The notes below the pieces were generated by a model that worked only from the letters and a program-made list of their open reading frames with translations, ran no database searches and had not been told where the DNA came from. Below are positions 1-12,402 of a stretch of DNA of 64,000 nucleotides, one piece after another. How positions within the stretch are numbered: position 1 is the stretch's first letter; every line of letters begins with the position of its first letter. The stretch comes from Macrostomum lignano (Eukaryota), in assembly GCA_002269645.1 (NCBI GenBank), contig NIVC01001355.1:62001-126000 (forward strand), written 5' to 3'. The translations under genes were made by a program, and so were the position numbers.

Positions 1-1332
1 TTGTTACCAGGCCTCCCTGTACTATTGCGCGGCTCCTTGGTGCATGGGGATTCAAGTTACCCGATGGGAGTTTGTGCTTCATGCCCGTAGCATAAAATTA
101 TCATTTCTAATTCCAATGCCTAGAAAGCAGTTGGGGTGCGAGGACGCCTCATCCCCTGCCTCCCTCTCCCTCCCTCCAGTCTCCTTAGCTCCGCCCCCTA
201 TCTCAAAGGCTTAGACAGAGAAGTGCACCCACCGAACGATGCAAATGCTTTGCGCTTGCAATGCAACTCTATGGGAGTTATAAACTAGCCAGACAGACAC
301 AGGAACGTGCATACTGATAGTAACTCCCGCACCCTTCCCTACGGTGCACGTCTCGATATAGAGGGGAGTTTGCTCTTTGAAAAAAAATGGAAATGAAGTG
401 GAAGTTGACTGGCGCCACTTCCCTATTGGACTTTCTCCCTCATCTGAGAGGTAACCAGACTGGCTAGCTCAGGCCAGTGTGTTGTTGCTGAAGAAAAAAT
501 TCAATAATTTTCACTATAAAAACTAAGGACCCTAAAAGCTGGCGGCAGCAAAAATTGATTCCTCGAGAGCCGCAAATAATCTGCTAGATTCTTATTGTCT
601 GGACGCTGCAGACGCCGCTGCTCCAGCGCTCGCATAGTGAGCAGCGACACTCTTGCAGTCATTTGGAATGCAAATCGCGTCTCGCTCATGACGGGGACCA
701 TAGACAAGGCGATTAGAAAGTCAAAGCTTTTGATGTTGCCTTGACCCTGCTCGGAGACACAAACTCACGCGAGTTGTGATATCTATCGAAACATTGGTCT
801 CGCCGTCCAGAGCTTATCTAGAATGTTTTGCTCAGCCAATCGACCTTGAGTCGTTCGTTCTGTTCTCTGCTTCACTGTTTGGAAGAATTGTCTGTTCCAT
901 ATCTCCAGTGCTCACTGCGTTCAGTGCACAGAGAGAGAGAGAGAGAGAGAATAGAGGGGAGAGCTCTGCAATCCGGGCAAAGAGAAAAAGTAAATAATTT
1001 CCATTCATGGAATAGTACTGCATCCTGCATCATCGCTGCAGACTAATCAGTAGTTTTTATTTTACAACTCAGCTGACTGACAGCTTAAATACCGGATGCA
1101 GTGCTGCGCTCAGCAAATATTGGCTTATGCCATAGTCATAGTCATTGATCAAACTGGCACCAAAGCGTGGTGACCCATGACTCATCGCATTACCAGTCAG
1201 AGTTCCTTGTGAACCAATCATTATCCAATACAGCAGTAGGCATTGTAACAAAAAGCAATTGTGTCTGCTGCACGCTAAAACAGCTGTTTAAATAATTTCT
1301 AGTATATGGAATGCACAAGCCTTAGTCAGACA

Positions 1333-3385
1333 CTAACACATACACACACACACCACACCATTCACACACTGCACCACACCATTCACACACTGCACCACAC
1401 CATTCACGCACTGCACCACACCATTCACACACTGCACCACACCATTCACACACTGCACCACACCATTCACACACTGCACCACACCATTCACACACTGCAC
1501 CACACCATTCACACACTGCACCACACATACACACACACACCACACCATTCACACACTGCACCACACCATTCACACACTGCACCACACCATTCACACACTG
1601 CACCACACCATTCACACACTGCACCACATCATTCACACACTGCACCACACCATTCACACACTGCACCACACCATTCAGACACACACCACACCATTCACAC
1701 ACTGCACCACACCATTCACACACTGCACCACACCATTCACACACTGCACCACACCATTCACACACTGCACCACACCATTCACACACTACACCACACCATT
1801 CACACACTGCACCACACCATTCACACACTGCACCACACCATTCACACACTGCACCACACCATTCACACACTGCACCACACCATTCACACACCAACAAACA
1901 CCTAGTCACACACTGCACCACACCATACACACACTAATCAACACCTAGTCACACACTGTACCACACCATTCACACTAACCAATACCTAGTCACACACTGT
2001 ACCACACCATTCACACACTAACCAACACCTAGTCACACACTGTACCACACCATTCACACACTATCCAACACCTAGTCACACACTGTACCACACCATTCAC
2101 ACACTAACCAACACCTAGTCACACACTGTACCACACCATTCACACACTAACCAACACCTAGTCACACACTGTACCACACCATTCACACTAACCAACACCT
2201 AGTCACACATCGTACCAAACCATTCACACACTAACCAACACCTAGTCACACACTGTACCACACCATTCACACACTATCCAACACCTAGTCACACGCTGTA
2301 CCACACCATTCACACACTAACCAACACCTAGTCACACACTGTACCACACCATTCACACTAACCAACACCTAGTCACAAACTGTACCACACCATTCACACT
2401 AACCAACACCTAGTCACACACTGTACCACACCATTCACACTAACCAACACCTAGTCACACACTGTACCACACCATTCACACACTAACCAACACCTAGTCA
2501 CAAACTGTACCACACCATTCACACACTAACCAACACCTAGTCACACACTGTACCACACCATTCACACTAACCAACACCTAGTCACACATCGTACCACACC
2601 ATTCACACACTAACCAACACCTAGTTACACACACCACACCATTCACACACTAATCAACACCTAGTCACACACTGTACCACACCATTCACACACTAACCAA
2701 CACCTAGTTACACACACCACACCATTCACACACTGCACCACATCATTCACACACTAACCAACACCTAGTCACACACACCACACCATTCTCACACTAATCA
2801 ACACCTAGTCACACACTGCACCACACCATTCACAAACTAATCAATACCTAGTCACACACTGCACCACACCAGTCACACACTGCACCACACCATTCACACT
2901 AACCAACACCTAGTCACACACACCACACCATTCACACACTAACCAACACCTAGTCACACACTGCACCACACCATTCACAAACTAATCAACACCTAGTCAC
3001 ACACTGTACCACACCATTCACACACTAACCAACACCTAGTTACACACACCACACCATTCACACACTGCACCACATCATTCACACACTAACCAACACCTAG
3101 TCACACACACCACACCATTCTCACACTAATCAACACCTAGTCACACACTGCACCACACCATTCACAAACTAATCAATACCTAGTCACACACTGCACCACA
3201 CCAGTCACACACTGCACCACACCATTCACACTAACCAACACCTAGTCACACACACCACACCATTCACACACTAATCAACACCTAGTCACACACTGCACCA
3301 CACCATTCACAAACTAATCAATACCTAGTCACACACTGCACCACACCAGTCACACACTGTACCACAGCATTCACACTAACCAACA
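1333..3385. repeat. Composite minisatellite: 21-bp unit (caccacaccattcacacactg) to about 1890, then about 41-43-bp units (ctaaccaacacctagtcacacactgtaccacaccattcacaca), in a CADPS intron
   Basis: Directly visible tandem units; explains the HHTIHTL/CEWCGAV ORFs. Boundaries approximate. Confidence 0.97.
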
Positions 3386-3415
3386 AATAAAACATTATTG
3401 CACTATTAGCCTTAC

Positions 3416-6400
3416 CTTTTTCATATCCTCGTAGCCGTTAAGTCGAGCGTCCAACTCTCGCCTGACTTGAGCGGCCTGCTCGTCCGCATTGTCCAGCTGA
3501 AATAATAAATAAACATGGATGATTTTATCAATGAGCTCATTACTCTTGAGGCTTGAGACTGGCGGGCTCTGTCCCTGTGTAAGCTCTTCCGTATCGCTCA
3601 CCAGATTTAGCTGGAGCCAAAGTGTCATAAGACACTTAAGTCTTATGACATTTAGGTCTTGTGACATTTAGGTCTCGTGTCATTTAGGTCTCGTGTCATT
3701 TAGGTCTCGTGTCATTTAGGTCTCGTGTCATTTAGGTCTCGTGTCATTTAGGTCTCGTGTCATTTAGGTCTCGTGTCATTTAGGTCTCGTGTCATTTAGG
3801 TCTCGTGTCATTTAGGCCTCGTGTCATTTAGGTCTCGTGTCATTTAGGTCTCGTGACATATAGGTCTCGTGTCATTTAGGTCTCGTGACATATAGGTCTC
3901 GTGTCATTTAGGTCTCGTGTCATTTAGGTCTCGTGACATATAGGTCTCGTGTCATTTAGGTCTCGTGTCATTTAGGTCTCGTGTCATTTAGGTCTCGTGT
4001 CATTTAGGTCTCATTTTATTTTTTGAGCTTCATAATAAAACAGAAATTACAATTATAAGTTTAACCATCTCAAATATAGTTTGACTGCCAGAAGATGAAG
4101 ACAAGATTGAGACGCTTGCTGTGTGGCGAACAAGTGGCTCCCCCCAGGTCGTATTTCTTCGCTTTGCCAAAAAGAAAAAAAATGGAGACAGAAAAACTAT
4201 CACAGAAAAAAACGCGCACACGCCATAGCTTCCCAGCCTCTGTCCGCGCAGCTTCCGCCTCTTCCCCCCCGCCATCCCGCTTGTCCGCTTGCCGAGCAAT
4301 CAAGCAATATTGCCAGCTAGATAGATATAGAATTGAGACTCGCACGAACATATACTTGTACATACATATATATATATATGCGTATAGATGGGTCACCCCA
4401 ACCCCTCCACTCTCTTGTCCAGCCAGTTAAGGAGATGACGGAGAGAATCCAGCAACTGCCAACTCTCCGGCCGCGCTTTCAATTTCTGCAGCCTCCTCCT
4501 GGGACAGCTGGGGAATGGCCGGACAACATGCGGGATTATATATTTGAGAGGCGGGCAGAGGCAGACCCGACAGGATCAGGCATAAAAAACACTGCTTATC
4601 CTGCAAAGCGGAAGTGTCTGCCCGAAATTCTTCTCAGGACTTTGATTGGAATAAGAATAAGATCTGGCCGAAACTGCGGGACAGCTACAGATGGAATCCC
4701 AGCTCTGAATAATTTCAATTCCAATTGCAAGTAATTGGCAAGCATCATCTGCATAAATTTATCTGCAGGAGAACTGGTCCTGGGCACCCACAGCCAAAAA
4801 TTCAGGGAATGCTCTCAAAATTTAGCTACTTCATTATTTTCCTCTCAAACATGCATTGAAGCAATAATTCACAAAACTTCAAGTTGCTTAATTGCATGAC
4901 TTGTATCGAAATACTGATAGACTGCCACGGTCTTAGATGTTGAAAGCATGAACCCTGTATCGATTTTGTTATTCATGCAAGCGAAACCCTTCATCGAGAT
5001 TTTGAAAAACAAAAAATCACCATTCAGAATCCAAAAATTCCTATTCAGAATCCAGAAATCCCCAATCAGAATCCAGAAATCTGCAATCAAAATCCAGAAA
5101 TCCCCATTTAGAATCCAGAAATCCCCATTCAGAATCGAGAAATCCCCAATCAGAATCCATAAATCCCCAATCAGAATCCATAAATCCCCAATCAGAATCC
5201 ATAAATCCCCATTCAGAATCCATAAATCCCCATTCAGAATCCATAAATCCCCAATCAGAATCCAGAAATCTGCAATCAAAATCCAGAAATCCCCATTTAG
5301 AATCCAGAAATCCCCAATCAGAATTCAGAAATCCCCATTTAGAATCCAGAAATCCCCAATCAGAATTCAGAAATCCCCATTCAGAACCCAGAAATCCCCA
5401 ATCAAAATCCATAAATCCCCATTCAGAATCCATAAATCCCCAATCAGAATCCATAAATCCCCATTCAGAATCCATAAATCCCCAATCAGAATCCATAAAT
5501 CCCCATTTAGAATCCATAAATTCCCTATCAGAATCCAGAAATCCCCTATCAGAATCCATAAATCCCCATCCAGAATCCATTAGTCCCCATCCAGAATCCA
5601 TTAATCCCCATCCAGAATCCATTAGTCCCCACCCAGAATCCATAAATCCCCATCCAGAATCCAGAAATCCCCAATCAGAACCCAGAAATCCCCAATCAGA
5701 ATCCATAAATCCCCATTAAGAATCCATAAATCCCCAATCAGAATCCATAAATCCCCAATCAGAATCCATAAATCCCCATTCAGAACCCAGAAATCCCCAA
5801 TCAGAATCCATAAATCCCCATTTAGAATTTATAAATCCCCATTCAGAACCCAGAAGTCCCCAATCAGAATCCAGAAATCCCCATTCAGAACCCAGAAATC
5901 CCCAATCAGAATCCAGAAATCCCCAATCAGAATCCAGAAATCCCCATTTAGAATTTATAAATCCCCATTCAGAACCCAGAAATCCCCAATCAGAATCCCT
6001 CAATCACTCACCTGGCACGCATTGAACATGATTTGGTGCTCAAACTTGCGCACGGACAGCACGCCCTGGAACATGTCGTACAGCTGCTCCTTGCTGAGCA
6101 CCAGTTCACTCTGGCTGGCGTTCATCTTTTGAATCCGTCTGGGGTCTTCGTCGCCGCGGTAGATCTGGTCGAACTTGGCCATCCAGGAGCTGAGCACGGT
6201 CTCTTTGCTCAGGCCATCGATCTCTGGCAGGCAGCGGACTCGCTTCTCAATATTGTTTTTGAACACTTCGCGAAAATCGCGCACCGAGCAGCCGCCGCCG
6301 CGGACTAAATTGGCGACCCGGTCAGATTTGAGGAACACCTGCGGGTGTCAGGTGTGAGGAGTCAGTTACCGCAATTGTACCCGTTTAAAACGATACCATG

Positions 6401-9400
6401 ACAAGAATCGCTAAAGAGTCATTGCAAACAACTCTCTAGTGACTCTAGGGACTCTCTGGCAACTCTTGAGACTTTTTACCGACTCAAACGCGTCTAATGC
6501 GACGGAGAGGCGACTGTTGCGTCACAAGCGCGTCAAGTCAGTTGTAGAATTGAACGTAAGAATCGCTAAAGAGTCATTGCAAACAACTCTCTAGTGACTC
6601 TATGGACTCTCTGGCAACTCTTGAGACTTTTTACCGACTCAAACGCGTCTAATGCGACGGAGAGGCGACTGTTGCGTCACAAGCGCGTCAAGTCAGTTGT
6701 AGAATTGAACGTAAGAATCGCGAAAGAGTCGCCCAAGAATCGTTGTGTTAGCGCTTAACTTTCGCTAGAGATGTGACCCTAATTCATCAAGCGACGCAAA
6801 AGCGCTTCAAACAGAAAAACGCTTCAAAATGGTTCTTGAGCGACTCTTTGACGATTTTTTGGCAATTTGTACCGTGAAAGCGTCGATTTAGAGTCGTTTA
6901 GAGTCACTTTTTTCCAATTCTACCTGTGTCATCTGCCACGACTCTGAAACGACTCTGGGGCGACACAAGTGACCACTGTACACCCTACGACGAGATGTCA
7001 CGTTTAAAGTCGCCAGAAAGTCGTCAAAGATTCGCCTAAGAGTCAGTTTGAGGCGTTCTACTGTCTGTGACACTGAAACGACTCCGAGATCGTAGAGTCG
7101 TGTCTGAGGCATTCTAGAGTCGCTGTAGAATAACCGAGTTGCGTCATCTGAGTAACTTCATGAATTAGAATCGCATTTCGCATTTATAACAAATCTATTT
7201 AGTCTACTTGAGTTAGTAAAAACATAAGCGCTAACACGAATCTTAGACGACTTTACAACTCTGCTCGTAACTCAGCAGTCACCTCTCCGAGCGCATTACA
7301 GTCGTTGAGTCGTTAAAAAGTCACAAGAGTCGCTAGAGTCACTAGTGAGTTTTCAACGACTCCTTAGCGATTCTTGTTACGCTCCTCGGGGTATCCCAGT
7401 ACTCTGAAACAGTTGAGTCTATTAATAAACTGCTTAGGTTCATTGCTAGCCTGCTAAGTGAAGCTGAGGAGCCAGCGCCTTACCTCAAAGTAGCTCTGTA
7501 CAGCGTTGCTAAACGCTTCGTCGGCCACGATGCCGCTCTCGCCAGCCAGGAACACCTGGAACCTGTCGCGAACCTGTTTCAATTGACTTTGAGTCACTTT
7601 CAATTGCCGCCTAGCCATATCAGTTGGCTGCTTGGCGCTGAATGGATACGCTATGCAACGCATCACCAAGGCGTAGAGCAACAGCCGCTGCCGTCTGTCG
7701 GCTTCTTCATCGACCTCCTCCGGCTCGGCCTTAGTCGGTGCTGTCGTCGCGACATTCTGACTGCTACCAGACGGACTGGGCGTTCTCTGCTGCACCTGAG
7801 GCTGCTCACTTGTCGAATGCCGACCGGAGCTGGGAGTGGCGCGCCGCCCGCCAGCCGCTGCGACGTTGTTGCCGGGCGACTGGGGCGGCGGAGAGCCTGC
7901 CGAGGCTTGGAAGGGACGAGGCGGCGAGATCAAAGGTTTAATAACAGTTTGATAACTAATGGAGTACTACTGACACTAGCTATAATGTACTGATACTAGC
8001 TTGATCCTACTGACACTATCGACATTCTACTGACACTAGCTAAATTCTTCTGACACTAGCAATAATCTACTGACACTAGCTAAATTCTTCTGATACTAGC
8101 TTGATCCTACTGACACTACCGACATTCTACTGACACTAGCGAGGTTCTAGCAACATTCTATTAACCGAAACTAATCTAAAGACAAAAACTAAACTAAAGA
8201 CAAACTAATCTAAAGACACAAACTAAAGACAAACTAATCTAAAGACACAAACTAAACTTCAGCAGGCGATGTAGGAGCCAGTAGTTTTCACTGACAATCA
8301 ACCAACCGAACCAACCAATACTAATGAAGTAATTCCAAAATAGACCAGCCTTATTCCCATTAAAAGCTGTTGACAGGACGCACCCGGTAGAAAAAGGAGA
8401 GATACAATTAGAAAAGATTTTGTAGCATATACCGGTACTCGTAGAAATTCTAAAACGCGTTGAAAGCCAGAAAAAATCCAAAAAGTTATAAAAGATGTAG
8501 CTCCCTTCTTCCCTACTATAATTCACTCTCACAGCTGATGTTAGCTTTCTATTCTAGCTGTAGTATGCTAGTAGTCAGAACATTGAGCTACTGACACTAG
8601 CTAATGTACTTTTGTTCATTGACTTACGACTTGAACTATCGACAGACACGAGGATATCAGTTATGTCGCAAAATTTCGACATCAAAAACTTGGACTGTTT
8701 CTTCTGCCCGATTTTTGAGTGAATCGCTCGCATCTAGACGAGCTCGAGATTTTGCTTAAACTCATGGTCTATTGACACTTGCGTCACTCTACCGATACTG
8801 GCGACATTCCAGTGACACTACCAACACTAGCGACATTCTACTGACGACACTAGCGACATTCTACTGACGACACTAGCGACATTCTAGCGACACTAGCGAC
8901 ATTCTAGTGACACTAGCGACATTCTACTGACGACACTAGCGACATTCTAGCGACACTAGCGACATTCTACAGACGACACTAACGACATTCTAGTGACACT
9001 AGCGACATTCTACTGAAGACACTAGCGACATTCTACTGACGACACTTGCGACATTCTAGTGACGACACTAGCGACATTCTACTGACGACACTAGCGACAT
9101 TCTAGTGACACTTCCAACATTCTAGTGACACTAGCAACATTCTAGTGACACTAGCAACATTTTAGTGACACTAGCAACATTTTAGTGACGACACTAACGA
9201 GTGGAATGCAACAGAAACTTTCTACTGATCCAAAGTCCCTCTCTAGGAAATTCACCGTCTCGAGTTCCAGCAGATCTGTTGGAGTCCATTCGGGCAGCGG
9301 GAGCCGGACCAGATGAAGGCGAGGGCGACGCCCCAGTAGGTCCTGACGCCGACGCTTGCGGCTGCTGCTGCTGGCTAGGTCCAGAGCCGGTTGGTCGACG

Positions 9401-9511
9401 CGACGGCGAAGAACTGAACACCGCCGCCTGCTTTGCGGCCACAATGTGCGGCGCGGTTGGCGGCGGCGGGGACGAATAGTCCTCATCGTCTGATGATGAG
9501 TCGCGCAGCAT
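3416..9511 (-). CDS. CADPS: Calcium-dependent secretion activator (CAPS/UNC-31), 5' part; exons 9511-9256, 7905-7484, 6338-6012, 3496-3416; gene continues beyond the left edge
   Basis: Translations match the CAPS N-terminus: [109 protein letters not shown]. All introns are GT-AG with compatible phases (1,0,0). I found no further CAPS exon in 1-3400. Confidence 0.95.
3652..4013. repeat. 16-bp tandem repeat (catttaggtctcgtgt)
   Basis: Period 16 visible (catt at 3665, 3681, 3697...). Confidence 0.97.
5010..6003. repeat. 21-bp tandem repeat (cagaatccagaaatccccaat variants) abutting the CADPS exon 3 donor
   Basis: Visible units; source of the RIQKSP/DSDWGF ORFs. Confidence 0.97.
6378..7393. mobile_element. 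Non-autonomous foldback/MITE-like element with long imperfect terminal inverted repeats and an internal 155-bp tandem duplication
   Basis: acaagaatcgctaa at 6401 is inverted at 7364-7377, with about 130 bp of further imperfect complementarity; aagaatcgc recurs at 6403, 6558, 6713; outer TACCC...GGGTA ends; no coding potential. Confidence 0.7.
7965..8150. repeat. About 20-bp degenerate tandem repeat (gacactagc...ttctact)
   Basis: Repeated gacactagc motif; related to the 8790-9195 array. Confidence 0.85.
8790..9195. repeat. 20-23-bp tandem repeat (gacactagcgacattctactgac)
   Basis: Visible tandem units in CADPS intron 1. Confidence 0.95.
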
Positions 9512-12402
9512 CTGCTGGCAGCTGGACTACTGAGGAAGACTTTCTGTGTGTCAGTGTGTGATTGAAGATTCTAACTATTAATCTGATGAAGAGGCAAGCG
9601 TCCGAGATGGCGAAGGTTCGCCTCGCGAGGTTTGCTGGCTCCTGCGGCTTGTGCCGTATAGTGGCCAAGGTCTGCAATAGTTGCAGTGTGGCAGTGGAGC
9701 AGTGTACCGAACTGCCAACCAAGGACTAAAGTCAAAAAAATTATAGCTACTTATATTATTGATTACTAAAATAAAAGCATATAATGAAGTAAAATCTACA
9801 ATAGAACTGATCCAAACAGTATCAAATAAAGAATTACTACATACGAGCATATACTTAGCAAAAAAGATTTAATTTATAAAAAATCTATGAAAATTGAACA
9901 ATTTTTAAACAAACAAAATAATAGTATTTGGGAAAGCTGGTTTATTTTTTTATCCATATATAACATTAAAATCTATTATTTAGCTATAAAAAGGACAAGA
10001 TTTTGGTGTTATTTTAATTGATATATTTATGGTTAGCCCAAAAAACACCAGCTTATGCAAAAAAGATACAAGATCAAGATCTATACTGGCTATAGATCTA
10101 TAAATAAAGTTGCATAAAAATCTATGATGAATTTTTCTGAACCAAAAGTGTGCAAGACAATCCATAATAAATATAATATATGCTGTTCTATATATCTATC
10201 TAATTGTCTAACTGGGTTTTATCTAATATTCTGATTGTCTAAGTCAGTCAACATCATTAATTTAAACAATTTAATACACACACATGCAATACTTGGCTGA
10301 CCCAGCCAATCCATTCAGGTGACAGGGTGGCCAAGATAGGTATATCACAAAACTGATTAAGGATTAACTATGCATCAAAAACTATAAAAGGGTATATATA
10401 AAAAGAAAACATTAAAAGTAAATAAAGCAAGAGAAAAGCATAGAAACTGGAAAAAAGAAAAAAAACAAATCAAAAGAAGAAATAATAGTAATAGTTAAAG
10501 CCAAACAAAAAATGATTTTAATTGCATGCAGAGCAAATCTATATTACATATATTGCATAAGTTTCATAGAAAATTATGTTGCACTGGTTGGGTAAACTTG
10601 AAGAGGTTGCATATATATATCAGATATATACCTAGAAACCCTATAAGCCTTTAAATTTTAAATTTTATTTAACCTACATTTAGTCAAATTTTAGTCCATC
10701 ATGTCTAGCTTTAGTTTAGACCTACTTGGACAAAGTTATTTATAGTAATAATATTTTTGATAGGGCATAAAATTAAATTACAAGCTATATTACTTAGGGA
10801 AAAACTATTAAAAGTAATACTATAAAATAATCACAAAGCAGACACATTAGGGATATTTCTAGGCCTAGGGCAATAATAAAACTTAACCAATGAGTATTGT
10901 ATGATAATGTTAAGAATTTAGACAAGTGAGTAAAATTTAATGTGACTGTCTCTTATAAATTAATATTACTGTAATTTCATTCAATTCGAAAGTTAAATTC
11001 ATGTTTTTTTCATTGAGAATAATGTAATATTATCATCGATGCATCAGCTATTTTTCAATTCAAAATCTAGGCTTATAAGTTCTCACAACTTATGAAAATA
11101 TCCTCTAATTCTTGAGGTAAGTACACTAGGATTATAAATATGAACTATCCAATAGTCAATACAATACACATTATAGTCCCTAGTGGTCTTTGTTTGATTG
11201 TTTGTTGCAGCTTTTGTAATTTATGCTCTTTTTTCTGTAATAGTTTAAAAACTTGGAAATATAAGTTGGTAAATAATATAAAAACTTTGAAAATTGTGAA
11301 ACATTAGTATATCGAAAGAGATAAAATCCAATTGATTTTCATTAGCGTTTACAAAGCAACTGTAGGTTGCAATAAGTGCGAAATTATATTTAACTTTTCG
11401 TGTAAGTTAAATTTGTTCTTTATAAACACGTTTACCAGTATAACAATTTTTAAAAAGATTTTTGAAGTAAAAAATGCATATTTAAAAGCATTATTTTCCC
11501 TTCCTTTATTTATTTTATAAGGTTTTTTGCTTGTCTGGTATGGTTGCATATTTCAAAACATAACACGCTGCGAATAGCATTATCGCTGACTGATGGTAAA
11601 TAGAGCACGTTATTTCTGCTTTTGAGCTAAAAATAATTCAGCCTGATAAGATATAAACAATTTAAAATTTTTTTTATTTACAAACTAATATTTCATTAGA
11701 TTTCAGGAGTTACCGTTATTTGACGCAGCCGTTCCTTGCATAAAATGTCAATTTACTCATCAAGGATTTGTGGAAGGCCGTACATTTAACAGTACTTTAT
11801 ACTATCATGTGTAGTTAAGTTAGTATAAAAGTACTAGATATCAACAGATGAAGAGATTCTAGACTTTGTACTTATCAGGAATATTCTGTGTGATTTTTTC
11901 TTTAAATAATTGGGAGTTTAAATTTAAATAATTTATCGCAAAGAATCGATCAAGATCGATTGGATACGCTTGTAATGCTAACTACGTAAAGGGAAATTGT
12001 TTTCAGTACCATATTTGTTAGTTTCTATAAGTATGAACCCTGGATTATAAGGATCTATCTAGAAAAACAATTCATAATAAAGAGAGCAACAATTACTTAT
12101 CGTGGAAGCATAGCGTTCCAAAATATGGAAATTTATTAATCAAATGCATTTGAAGTATGCAAAGAATAGAAAACATATGCCTTAGACAATCTAGATATAC
12201 AACTAGATAAAAATTTGCTACCCTAAATGCAGCGCAAAGCAAGTATAGTTCAATTTCATTCGTTCCCGTGTCATAGGCAAGCTGACTTCACGAAAACCAA
12301 CGATGAAAATTCACTATCGTGCACAAAGAGATTAACTGAACAAAAAACAGCTGTTACGGCTCGATTATTTGATTTTCAAATTGCGTCATTGATTTGAGTA
12401 GG

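Noticed and set aside
501-1046. Candidate next CADPS exon
   Set aside because: No frame matches the expected CAPS continuation (FPKF…EELKSSVNLLMANLE).
1020-1251. Possible degenerate reverse-transcriptase fragment
   Set aside because: Only a vague resemblance to QG/YADD-region motifs; not supportable without an HMM search.
4030-4800. Short ORFs with possible LINE ORF1/endonuclease-like words (RPDLILI)
   Set aside because: Isolated short matches with no consistent frame or element boundaries.
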